Of a stretch of DNA of 40,887 nucleotides, positions 10,515 to 19,092 are shown one piece after another; position 1 is the stretch's first letter; every line of letters starts with the position of its first letter. The notes under the pieces are model-generated. The model searched no databases, had not been told where the DNA came from, and saw only the letters and a program-made list of their open reading frames with translations. The DNA is from a virus. Lineage: Duplodnaviria > Caudoviricetes. The position numbers and the translations under genes were made by a program. The DNA is taken from the IMG/VR virus record IMGVR_UViG_3300048895_000086, positions 1 to 40,887 of that record, one strand, 5' to 3'.

Positions 10515-10946
10515 CTATTTCGGTGAAATGTTAATGAATGAACCCGGTACATCTGTTCTTTGATGATTCCGGCCATCCGTATTTGTAACGCCAGTATTTA
10601 TGTCGCCAATCGCTAATATTTCGGCTGATTGTACGGTTGATGTCGAAGCGATGAAAGCATCTGCCATCGTTGAATTTATGCTAACTTCAACTTGGTCATC
10701 TGCGGGTATCGTTAAAACAAACCCTCTAGCACCATTAAGCTGAATACTCCCAAAACTAGGAGGTATAAGCAATCTTATTTCTTGGCCAATCTGGTAATCT
10801 ATTTCCGTGGTTGTCGTGATAATTGTTGTCTGACCTAATGTCATATCTGAAATTACCCATCTTCTAGGCTTATAATATTGAGACTGGATAGGTACATTCT
10901 GATAAAGAGGTATTGGATATGAGATTACACCTGTCAATGCTGTCAT
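10515..10946 (-). CDS. Virion protein with a single E1-FCCH-like beta domain, 143 aa
   Basis: ISDMTLGQTTIITT..YQIGQEIRLLIP..G..QLNG; similar to the second domain of 10992-12209. Confidence 0.65.
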   Translation of the reverse strand: MTALTGVISYPIPLYQNVPIQSQYYKPRRWVISDMTLGQTTIITTTTEIDYQIGQEIRLLIPPSFGSIQLNGARGFVLTIPADDQVEVSINSTMADAFIASTSTVQSAEILAIGDINTGVTNTDGRNHQRTDVPGSFINISPK

Positions 10947-10958
10947 AAAATCCTATAA

Positions 10959-10981
10959 GGGGGTGAGATATCCCCACCCCC
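10959..10981 (-). terminator. GC-rich hairpin (weak terminator or stability element) after capsid/decoration genes
   Basis: GGGGGTGGG-GATAT-CTCACCCCC, short U-tail. Confidence 0.55.
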
Positions 10982-10991
10982 AAATTATTTA

Positions 10992-12209
10992 TTATACTGG
11001 AGGAACTGTAATATCATGCAAATATGCACGCCATTCCATGCGATCCCCATCAGAACCGCCAACCCAGCTGGCCGTATCCGTCCTACTCGCCTTATTGCCT
11101 ACAATAAAGCCCATACTTGTGTTATTTACAAATGCGCCATTGATAGCAGGCCCATTGATAGTGTTAACACGAGTTGTGCCAATTGGAGAGTAATAAGGAG
11201 GTGGATATAACTGTGATCCGCTTGAAATCTGTACGCCACCTGTGTTTACATCACCCACAGCGACGATCTGAGGATATGATAATCCTGGAACGCTTGCCAC
11301 GGTCTGATTCATCACAAATGGTGCGTATGCAGATGAGTTGATATTCACAACAACAGTATTATAATCAGTTACCGCAATCACATACCCATAAACCGGAGAA
11401 CCGGGAGTAAAGATGTTTGGCAATGAATTCAATTCAACTGTTCCCCATTGGTTAGGAATACGAAATGCCACTTCTTGACCCACAACAAAATTGTGAGCAT
11501 CGGTTGTGTCAATCGTAGTGGTTGTACCAAGGGTTATACCGCTAATAGTTGCTACACCTGGAAAATAAATATATGGATAAAGGACTTGTTTCCATGAACC
11601 TACATTTCCTGTGCTTGTAGCTGAATTAAAGGCAGTATAATTACTTCCGCTTGTATCCCAAGGGATTGTAAACGTTGTTGATGTCAACACTGTTACAGTA
11701 AACCATACATAATTTAATTGAGGCATTCCAGTCGTTGCCGTCTGAAAAAGGCCTTCAAAAACTATGACATCGCCACTTGAAAGGCCGTGTGCTGTAGCCG
11801 TAGTAACAGTTGTTGGGCCGCCGGCTCCCGATACAGCAATAGAAAAATCAGCACTAGCCACCGAATTATGCTTATATAGCGGGCCAAACTGTAACGCTTG
11901 CCCAGCATAAAACGTACTGATACCACCGCCAACACGAACAGAATCAGTTGTTAAAACTGGTGTCGCATTGAAGATTTGGACTATTGTGTCATATTGTACA
12001 GAAGAAACCGTCACTGGCGTGACATTAGCGTCCCAAAACGCAAAAGGAATACCATGTTGCGCTGGTGTGATTGCTTGAGTCAAATTGATTAGTTCTACAT
12101 AATCAGGTCTAAAGGGCAATTGGATAATCTTTGCACTAGGTGCAGAAACTCCCAATGTACCGCCTGAAACTGTATAGCTACCCTTAGCCATTCTTGAATA
12201 TTCAGTCAT
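10992..12209 (-). CDS. Putative capsid decoration protein with two FCCH-like domains, 405 aa
   Basis: Directly after MCP; TTATAHGLSSGDVIVFEG..GMPQLN and TTDAHNFVVGQEV..GTVELN. Confidence 0.65.
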   Translation of the reverse strand: MTEYSRMAKGSYTVSGGTLGVSAPSAKIIQLPFRPDYVELINLTQAITPAQHGIPFAFWDANVTPVTVSSVQYDTIVQIFNATPVLTTDSVRVGGGISTFYAGQALQFGPLYKHNSVASADFSIAVSGAGGPTTVTTATAHGLSSGDVIVFEGLFQTATTGMPQLNYVWFTVTVLTSTTFTIPWDTSGSNYTAFNSATSTGNVGSWKQVLYPYIYFPGVATISGITLGTTTTIDTTDAHNFVVGQEVAFRIPNQWGTVELNSLPNIFTPGSPVYGYVIAVTDYNTVVVNINSSAYAPFVMNQTVASVPGLSYPQIVAVGDVNTGGVQISSGSQLYPPPYYSPIGTTRVNTINGPAINGAFVNNTSMGFIVGNKASRTDTASWVGGSDGDRMEWRAYLHDITVPPV

Positions 12210-12210
12210 C

Positions 12211-13200
12211 TTACACCCCCAAATTGCTTAAGCGTGTTGAAAGCAAGTTACGGATAGCCGTATCTTGTGTCAGAGCTTGAGCTTGCGCGAACTTAACCGC
12301 TAAAGTTGCATTCTGAGCTAACATGCCAGAGTAGTAAGGATCGCGATAGATCAAGTTCATGGAATATCCATCTTGATTGATATGCGTGATCGCTTGCTTA
12401 CCCATAACAGAATTGTAGTAAACATCATTGAGCACGCCCAAGTTGTTTGTTACTGCATTTCTAGCCACAGGAGCCTCTGAACTTGTCAAAATCCTAATGT
12501 TTGCTACGTTTCCGTACTCGCTAGGAAGACATGAGGTGTTATTTGGATAATTCCACTGATTGAGGAAGGTAACTCCTCCAACGCTTGTCATCTGATCAAA
12601 GTCAGACTGCAATTCAGTGCTTGTAAGCATGAAATATGAGCTACGAACAGGACCTGAACCAAAGCGATTTTCACCAAGAATACCGCTCATAAACTTGTAA
12701 GCGTTATTTGTATCCAAAGTAGTTGCTACAAGGCTGAAATCAGTGATTCCTAAATTTGTGGGATTGAAACCATTAGACCCCCCGCCAGCATTGATCTGGC
12801 TCGCCGCTGAGACGATATAATCTCTAAGGATCAAATCTTCTGCTTGACGCATAGCAACTGCTAAACGCTCTGACACCCAAGCTAATACACCTTCTTGGTC
12901 TTGAAGGATAACCTGTTCGTTAATGATGCAACCAGTACCAAAGAACGCCATTTGGGCATCAATTATGTCCCTCTGCGGAACCTGCGCGGGCGGGTCTATT
13001 CCAGAATTGCCTAGCTGAACTGTAGGTGGAGTAAGTGCTCTTGGACGCATAAAGCGGCAAGTCGTACCACCATTTGCAGGCATTGAAACCTTATCGCAAA
13101 TAGTGATGTAATTCATTGTGGGGGTTGGCACATAGAGCATTGCAGGAGCTAAGCTCTGCAAAATCATAGGGCCCAGACTCCCCGTAGTCGTAATCGACAT
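12211..13200 (-). CDS. Major capsid protein (N4-gp56-like, HK97 fold), 329 aa
   Basis: DKVSMPANGGTTCRFMRPRAL, EYGNVANIRIL and AQNATLAVK motifs; follows the scaffold. Confidence 0.85.
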   Translation of the reverse strand: MSITTTGSLGPMILQSLAPAMLYVPTPTMNYITICDKVSMPANGGTTCRFMRPRALTPPTVQLGNSGIDPPAQVPQRDIIDAQMAFFGTGCIINEQVILQDQEGVLAWVSERLAVAMRQAEDLILRDYIVSAASQINAGGGSNGFNPTNLGITDFSLVATTLDTNNAYKFMSGILGENRFGSGPVRSSYFMLTSTELQSDFDQMTSVGGVTFLNQWNYPNNTSCLPSEYGNVANIRILTSSEAPVARNAVTNNLGVLNDVYYNSVMGKQAITHINQDGYSMNLIYRDPYYSGMLAQNATLAVKFAQAQALTQDTAIRNLLSTRLSNLGV

Positions 13201-13355
13201 AAAACCCTCTAGGGTAATACGTGAATTGATATGATGATCGGTAGACGAGCCTAACTACATCTGTTTTCATTCATATCTATTAGGTTGCGATGCCTAATAA
13301 CGCAGGAAGGGAGTGCGAGGCCCTATAACGCATGCCTTTAACGCTGGCGGGCGAA
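13201..13355 (-). ncRNA. Structured MCP mRNA leader with tandem mini-pseudoknots
   Basis: Three related units GYGTWRT(T)AGG-N1-3-TCGY-N2-3-CC with crossed pairings, plus an SD-occluding hairpin. Confidence 0.6.
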
Positions 13356-13360
13356 ATTTC

Positions 13361-13388
13361 ACTATAACACTTTCAAATTTTAAATCAA
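13361..13388 (-). promoter_or_regulatory. Sigma70-type promoter for the MCP leader
   Basis: TTGATT-16 nt-TATAGT with extended -10 TGn. Confidence 0.6.
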
Positions 13389-14039
13389 CTATAGTCTAAG
13401 CCTTGACTGCAATTCTTTCATTTTATTATAAGCTTGCTCTTGTCCACTTGCCGAAAAATCCGACGAAGAAGAATAAGGGCTAGCACCAACCGATGTTGGT
13501 TGATAATATGGAGAACGTTTGTTAGAATCGATTTTCTCCTGGATAGTACTTTGTTTAACTTCAGGTCTGTCAAGGCCCAATTCTTTGATAGTATTGTAAA
13601 CCAATTTTTGTCTTTCGAATCCTTCAGGCATTCTAAGAATGTTTTCCGCCAACTTCGGCGCTTTTTGAGCAAATTTCTCTGCATGTTCTAATACTTGGTA
13701 AAAGTCTGGTGTGTTTTCTAGAAAAAATTCCTGCTTGAGTTCTTCTTTAGCCATGTGTTTCGCTTGATTCATAGCCTTCTGTATTTCAGTCTGGGTATTT
13801 TGACCAAATTTAGTTAGCGATTTGGAAAGTTTCTTGTGATCTACATAAGGTTCGTTGTCTTCCTCTTCCGCTTCTTGTTTTGGCTGGTTCATCTCATGCA
13901 TTCTCTTTTCTAATTCTTCCCTTTTAGCTCGTTCGTATGCCACTTCTTGCTGATATTTAGATTCCATCCGACGAAAATTCAGTTCTTTTTCTGCTTGCTT
14001 TTGATCTTGTGCAACATTTTCGGCTTCTGATACTGTCAT
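13389..14039 (-). CDS. Capsid scaffolding protein, 216 aa
   Basis: Coiled-coil, KELNFRRM start, basic C-terminal helix, upstream of MCP. Confidence 0.7.
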   Translation of the reverse strand: MTVSEAENVAQDQKQAEKELNFRRMESKYQQEVAYERAKREELEKRMHEMNQPKQEAEEEDNEPYVDHKKLSKSLTKFGQNTQTEIQKAMNQAKHMAKEELKQEFFLENTPDFYQVLEHAEKFAQKAPKLAENILRMPEGFERQKLVYNTIKELGLDRPEVKQSTIQEKIDSNKRSPYYQPTSVGASPYSSSSDFSASGQEQAYNKMKELQSRLRL

Positions 14040-14164
14040 GTATAATCCTTTTTAGGGTTTTGGCTAATATGTAAACCAATATTAAATTAGAGTCAAGCCA
14101 TAAGTGGTTTATCTAACAATTGACACGACTAACAAATACATTTAACAATTAAATTCTCATCTCT

Positions 14165-14650
14165 ATGCAAATCAATATCTTAGATGCCCACGATAGACTT
14201 AAACATTTGAAAAGTCATGATCATTCAATTGGCGAATGCTGCCAGGATATCATTAATCAAGCGCCTTTTGGAAATCGGTCATTCTATATTTATGCTCATG
14301 GCAGGTTAGATGATGATGGCATTGATACTCGTGTTTTATGGCAGCCACGGCTTTCAAAACCTAAGTCGTCTACTAACTCCATGCTTTTTAAAGCACACCC
14401 AGGCACTGATGTTATACAAGTTATTTGGATTATTCCTAAAAGGGAGCTATGGGGACAGTATCAAAAGGGCCAGATGTTAGAAAATGAGACTGTCATTACA
14501 AGTATATATAATTTTCTCAACCATAGAGAAAGATTAGATGCTCCTGATGATGATGATGCGACAGATGATGAGGCTAATGCGATATATACTCAACTTGCAG
14601 CAGAAGCAAAGAGAAATAAGATGATGGCTAAGCTTTACACGAAAGTTTAA
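14165..14650 (+). CDS. Hypothetical protein inverted within the head operon, 161 aa
   Basis: Globular-looking ORF filling the gap, own TTGACA upstream, acidic DDDDATDDE tail. Confidence 0.75.
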   Translation: MQINILDAHDRLKHLKSHDHSIGECCQDIINQAPFGNRSFYIYAHGRLDDDGIDTRVLWQPRLSKPKSSTNSMLFKAHPGTDVIQVIWIIPKRELWGQYQKGQMLENETVITSIYNFLNHRERLDAPDDDDATDDEANAIYTQLAAEAKRNKMMAKLYTKV

Positions 14651-14814
14651 GCTAACTTCTTTGGCGGCTTCGATAATTTCTTTTGAGGCACATCATTCAT
14701 GCCCATAGAATCTTCTCGCATTCTTCCCATCTTATTCTTGATACCAGATCCGTAATTGTCGCCCATGCCGATCTTATTTGGTGATGTATGGGCTTCTACA
14801 TGTTTCTTTGCCAT
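14647..14814 (-). CDS. Small basic protein, 55 aa (MAKKHVEAHTSPNKIGMGDNYGSGIKNKMGR...)
   Basis: Read by hand; below the track cut-off; starts 1 nt after the upstream stop. Confidence 0.7.
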   Translation of the reverse strand: MAKKHVEAHTSPNKIGMGDNYGSGIKNKMGRMREDSMGMNDVPQKKLSKPPKKLA

Positions 14815-14815
14815 A

Positions 14816-15142
14816 TTAACCTAAATCATCATCTTGAGTTGTGTTGACTCTACTTCTAGGAAGTGTTGGCACATCTTCTTTAGGATCGCCTTTATGGCCA
14901 ACAGGCTGACGCATCGCTATACCGTAATGAGTGCCTGCGTTAACAAAATTGCCTGAGCGTTGATCATATTGAGGGCAAGAAAAATCCCACGGCGATTTAA
15001 TGCTATTAACAGGAAAATCATTAGGATTTTGATCTTTGATACGATCAGGGTCTGCAAATCCAGAGTCAGTATTTTTCCTACTAGAACGGTTTTTGTCTTT
15101 AGCAGTATTTTTATAGCTCTGGACTGTTTTTGTGCTTTTCAT
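14816..15142 (-). CDS. Hypothetical low-complexity protein, 108 aa
   Basis: GAGG RBS; between portal and scaffold. Confidence 0.7.
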   Translation of the reverse strand: MKSTKTVQSYKNTAKDKNRSSRKNTDSGFADPDRIKDQNPNDFPVNSIKSPWDFSCPQYDQRSGNFVNAGTHYGIAMRQPVGHKGDPKEDVPTLPRSRVNTTQDDDLG

Positions 15143-15155
15143 ATGACCTCAAAAG

Positions 15156-15251
15156 GGCGAGTTTGACGCCTGCAACGATATTTATCGATAGTTTTTAATT
15201 ATCACCTCGTCAACGGGTAGGCTCTTAACCGCGGCACCTTCAAACATCGCC
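15156..15251 (-). ncRNA. Candidate multibranch structured RNA, 96 nt
   Basis: GGCGA-T-GTTTGA/TCAAAC-TCGCC closing stem enclosing several hairpins. Confidence 0.5.
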
Positions 15252-15255
15252 AAAA

Positions 15256-15516
15256 TTAATTACGATAGCCAGGCTGTTTCATTGGTCTGGACTTAGCTTG
15301 CTTTGTGCCTTCAACTTGAGTTGCACGAATAGCTTCGGTAGTATCTTCATACTTCATAAGCGAGCCTGCGCCTTCTGCACTCGATTCATCTTTGCATTTA
15401 TGAGGCCCATCTGGAAATACACTATCTTTTGAGCGAGATCCTGCCCAAAATGATCTGTCGTCAATTCTTTGGCCCCCTGAAGATGCCTTAGAGGCCATTT
15501 TTTGACTGTCTACCAT
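15256..15516 (-). CDS. Hypothetical protein, 86 aa
   Basis: AAGGAG RBS, structural operon. Confidence 0.7.
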   Translation of the reverse strand: MVDSQKMASKASSGGQRIDDRSFWAGSRSKDSVFPDGPHKCKDESSAEGAGSLMKYEDTTEAIRATQVEGTKQAKSRPMKQPGYRN

Positions 15517-15546
15517 AACTTCTCCTTGCCCTTCAGGGCTTAATTT

Positions 15547-16140
15547 TTACTTAATTCTTTTTATAACATCATACTCGTATAAATCCAAGAATTCTTTCGC
15601 CCATGAGATTTTGTCTTCCACTCTTTGACCTGGGGGATGAGAATGGCTCCATAATTCAAGGTTTTCAATCCGATTGTCGTTACGGATTCCATTTTTATGG
15701 TGGACTGTCTCTCCCTTTACAAGTGGCCTTCTTAAATGCTCTGACATGACAAAAACATGCTCCATAATTTGCCCACTCCGCTTGCCATTTACCGAGTTAG
15801 GGTGCCCAATTTTAGAAATTATTCGGTATCCCGTTTTAGTAATATGGCCGGAACCATGGATATGTTTCTTTGGCCCATTAATTGGCAAACCTTTAAGCCT
15901 GCGACTGGCAGCAAGTTTTTTGCAGGAAGAATGGCAATATTGCGTATTATTAGCTCTTTTTTGCTCAAAAGACATATTACATACAGCACAAGCTAAAAAT
16001 ATTAACTTTAAAGGAAGTCCTCTTCTTGTTCTATGATAAGCATTTGATCTACATCTTCCACAACAATATTTTTGATATGAGTGATAAAGATTTGTAGCAA
16101 ATTTTGTATCACAAACTGGACAGATATTTTCTTTTGACAT
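15547..16140 (-). CDS. Free-standing HNH homing endonuclease with two N-terminal Zn fingers, 197 aa
   Basis: EHVFVM..HL.RPL..GETVHHKNGIRNDNRIENLELW; CxxC..YCxxxC twice. Confidence 0.92.
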   Translation of the reverse strand: MSKENICPVCDTKFATNLYHSYQKYCCGRCRSNAYHRTRRGLPLKLIFLACAVCNMSFEQKRANNTQYCHSSCKKLAASRRLKGLPINGPKKHIHGSGHITKTGYRIISKIGHPNSVNGKRSGQIMEHVFVMSEHLRRPLVKGETVHHKNGIRNDNRIENLELWSHSHPPGQRVEDKISWAKEFLDLYEYDVIKRIK

Positions 16141-16220
16141 ACAACCCCCTAAGTTGACCCGAATGAATTAACATGCCAGGCTATTCGGGAATAGCTTTTC
16201 GGGAGCGATCCTAGACATGT
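16141..16220 (-). ncRNA. c4/c4-2-like three-way-junction RNA in the HNH leader
   Basis: P1 ACATGTC/GGCATGT, P2 GGA-TCGC-TCC, CGAAAA, P3 GCTATT-CCCG-AATAGC; CCCGAAT complementary to downstream ATTCGGG. Confidence 0.6.
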
Positions 16221-16228
16221 TGAGTATA

Positions 16229-18367
16229 TTATATAACTTGTTGCATATCTTGTGAAGGGTTTTGTTGTGTATTCTGTTGAATATTTTGGGAGCCTTTCAT
16301 AATTTCTGCTAAGAATTTATTTGCCTCTGTACGCAATTGTACATCGTGTTTTTCAATTTCTTCTTCAGTGCGGATTTTACTTTCATCAATCTTAAGTTGA
16401 TTTTCAGCATAATTTGTTTCTATCTCTCCAAACTTCTGGATATTCTCAAGTAGTGAAGTGAGTGCTGCTTGTTTCTCCTTAAGGCTTAAGGCTCTATTCC
16501 TTTCTATCATACTTAAACGCTCTTCGTATAGTCCAAGATTTGATTCTGACCTACCATGTCGCTCTCTAGCATTAGCTATGTTCATTGCTGCTTTTGAGTA
16601 CATCTCTTGAAGCTTAGCTTCTTCAAACGCATGTTGGATATTTGTTGCCTCGGATTGTGTCGCCTGCATCGATTGTTCTTGCTGCTGTAGGAACGGTATG
16701 ATCTCGCCTTTACCAGTGATGTTTAGTTTAGGAATGATCATTGAAGGAGGGAATACTTCACGGCCAAAGCGTTCGTTCATCTCCATCATTTGCTGAGCTT
16801 GAAGATTCTGCTGTGTCGGTGTGAGATCGGCTTCTTCAACGGCCGTCTGGAATTTAGAGAATATACGGCTAAAGAAAAATGCTGTGGGTTCTTCACCGAT
16901 CATTAATTGAACTTTCTCAGCATTCCAATTCTGTTGGGCGATATGTAAAAGTTTCTCACCTACAAGCTTCAAAGAATAGTCCCATTGATCGAAATATTTC
17001 TGGAATACCATTAAGTTGGCAGCCATTTTCATCATCTGAGTAAGCGTGCTTATTTGCTTATCATTTTGGCCTGCCCAATTCTCAAGGTTGATGCCTGCTG
17101 TCTTCCATATAAGGTCATCCATCTGCTGCGCCAGAGCGAGGTCAGACTCTGGCACGCCAGACGGTATTATCTTTTCACAATCGGTCATCTCATAGCCATC
17201 GTTGATGATGACATCCCATCCTTGACCAGATTTCTTTAGATTATCTTCGTTAGCTACTGCGCCTTGTTTACGCTTCCAGCCTGCGTTTATGGTAGCGGCC
17301 ACAATATCATTATTTGTAATGACTTTGTAATTAAATAGAAATTGTGGATCGCGCATAGTACGTATAAGACTGCGTACGCGTAGATCATAGTAATTAATAT
17401 GTGGTTCATAATTCCAGTATACTGGGATCATTGGAGCGCCAATGTCTCCTATTGGATTGTCTCCTTGAAACATGAGTTGCTCATTAAGAACAACGGCAAG
17501 CTTCCAGCACGGCACATCTACTGTTACAACTTGCATGTCGGGAACATTCTGCAAGATCTGTTCTAGGTTTTCATCTCCACCTGCAAAGTCAAAGAATTGC
17601 TTTCTTTTTTCGCTATAAAGGCGTTTCTTTTTCTTTTTCCATTTGTACCATACGTACGAAAGAACCATGAGATCATTTCTAGCCATGTTGTAATTTTCAG
17701 GTAAGAAATAGAAACTACCATATCTCTGTGGAGTTCCCGACATCGGCGCAATATTTTGCAGTTTATCTGGGAATCTATCCTCGGCTTCCTTCTTTGAAAT
17801 ATATTCCTGACACCATATAAATTGGGCATCTGACATGTCGGGTTCGCGAAAATAAGGATCGACCAGAAATGCATTATATTCCCATATTTTAAGTTTTAAT
17901 TCCCCTTGAGCGTGGTCATCGCCTGTAAAATCAAGATATGGTTGTAACATAACCATTCCGGACACAGCAGCAAGCTCGCATGCTTTGGAAAATTGCTCAT
18001 GGATCGCTCCTCGAGTGGCAACACTGCTAATTAACTTGGTGTATTGATCTGTTGTCTGAGCATCGCTACCATCGATATTTTGATACATGATCGATTTACG
18101 ATGCTGCCTTTGATAACCTGTGATCATGTTCACAGGCTGCTGAACTAGATTAAAGTAATATTGCTGATAGGACGTTGTAGGGGAGAAATTGAAATATCTA
18201 TTAACGAATGTCTGAGATCCTGCATAGAAAAGCGTGTCTATGTTGCTCTGATTCCATCTACTTTGCTCGATCGGCTGGAACTTCTGATACAGATTGTCAA
18301 GCCACTGTCGAACGTTTCCTTGATTCGGCTCAATAGAATTATTCCATGGAGGAAGGGCAAAACTCAT
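16229..18367 (-). CDS. Portal protein (P22-like), 712 aa
   Basis: YFNLVQQPVNMITGYQRQHR, LVDPY..EPDMSDA and SLIRTMRDPQ motifs; long C-terminal coiled-coil barrel. Confidence 0.9.
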   Translation of the reverse strand: MSFALPPWNNSIEPNQGNVRQWLDNLYQKFQPIEQSRWNQSNIDTLFYAGSQTFVNRYFNFSPTTSYQQYYFNLVQQPVNMITGYQRQHRKSIMYQNIDGSDAQTTDQYTKLISSVATRGAIHEQFSKACELAAVSGMVMLQPYLDFTGDDHAQGELKLKIWEYNAFLVDPYFREPDMSDAQFIWCQEYISKKEAEDRFPDKLQNIAPMSGTPQRYGSFYFLPENYNMARNDLMVLSYVWYKWKKKKKRLYSEKRKQFFDFAGGDENLEQILQNVPDMQVVTVDVPCWKLAVVLNEQLMFQGDNPIGDIGAPMIPVYWNYEPHINYYDLRVRSLIRTMRDPQFLFNYKVITNNDIVAATINAGWKRKQGAVANEDNLKKSGQGWDVIINDGYEMTDCEKIIPSGVPESDLALAQQMDDLIWKTAGINLENWAGQNDKQISTLTQMMKMAANLMVFQKYFDQWDYSLKLVGEKLLHIAQQNWNAEKVQLMIGEEPTAFFFSRIFSKFQTAVEEADLTPTQQNLQAQQMMEMNERFGREVFPPSMIIPKLNITGKGEIIPFLQQQEQSMQATQSEATNIQHAFEEAKLQEMYSKAAMNIANARERHGRSESNLGLYEERLSMIERNRALSLKEKQAALTSLLENIQKFGEIETNYAENQLKIDESKIRTEEEIEKHDVQLRTEANKFLAEIMKGSQNIQQNTQQNPSQDMQQVI

Positions 18368-18432
18368 AGGCTCCTATGTGTAAAAGCCTACGGTAACTTA
18401 AAGATTTAATTATTTCAAGATCGCACTTTGCG

Positions 18433-19092
18433 TTAGAAAATAAGGTCATAGCGATTGAATACTTCTTCAATTTCCATTATGGCTTTTTTCCCGAACCTTT
18501 CAAGTTTGTAGAAGTTTACTTTCCCATAGCACCAAACATCACGCCATGTCTTTAATTTATGCTTATGTAAAAGGTTGGCGAGCCTTACCGTTGTTTCTTC
18601 ATCCCAAATTAAATGTGATAAAAACTTCTCTTGCTCTTCACTAAATAGCTGTTGTGAACCAGTATTGCATTCTACACCCGATATATTGACAAAAACTTTT
18701 TGTTTTGCAGATTCTTTTTCTAACTTTCTTAGAGTGATCTTTAGGTTTTCAATTTCATAGGTAAAGTTGCTTATCTTTTTCTCTAAAGCATCCAATTTGT
18801 CATAAACCTTATCCGGATCAACTGCCCATGTTCCTTTCGCAAATTTGCTCATCAGCTCTTGAAATGTGGCTAAAGTCTTATTCAAGCCAGCGTCATCAAT
18901 TCTTAGAGGCGTTTGGGTTAAATTCTTTAAAACATTAATGAAATGTGGATCTACATATTGAGAAAGGTTTTGCAAAGGGATGATCATGTTAATGATATGC
19001 GCCTCTAATGCTGAGAGTTTCCGATGGATCTCTCCTATTTCGTCTCTTTTTGTAGGCATCAATGTGTTAATATTATTTTCTGTGGATATCAT
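18433..19092 (-). CDS. Coiled-coil protein with C-terminal RNA polymerase alpha-CTD-like domain, 219 aa
   Basis: TVRLANLL...RD...FGKKAIMEIEEVF aligns with alphaCTD TVRSANCL...GD...LGKKSLTEIKDVL. Confidence 0.75.
   Translation of the reverse strand: MISTENNINTLMPTKRDEIGEIHRKLSALEAHIINMIIPLQNLSQYVDPHFINVLKNLTQTPLRIDDAGLNKTLATFQELMSKFAKGTWAVDPDKVYDKLDALEKKISNFTYEIENLKITLRKLEKESAKQKVFVNISGVECNTGSQQLFSEEQEKFLSHLIWDEETTVRLANLLHKHKLKTWRDVWCYGKVNFYKLERFGKKAIMEIEEVFNRYDLIF

Noticed and set aside
12205-12225. Possible +1 frameshift fusing MCP to the 405-aa protein at TTG GGG GTG TAA G ATG
   Set aside because: The +1 frame is open, but the G-run is adequately explained as the downstream RBS and I see no stimulatory element
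15156-15251. Hammerhead, twister or tRNA-Ser reading of the structured element
   Set aside because: Cores deviate (TTGACGA/GATA instead of CTGANGA/GAAA; no twister pseudoknots; no TTC T-loop or 7-bp acceptor)
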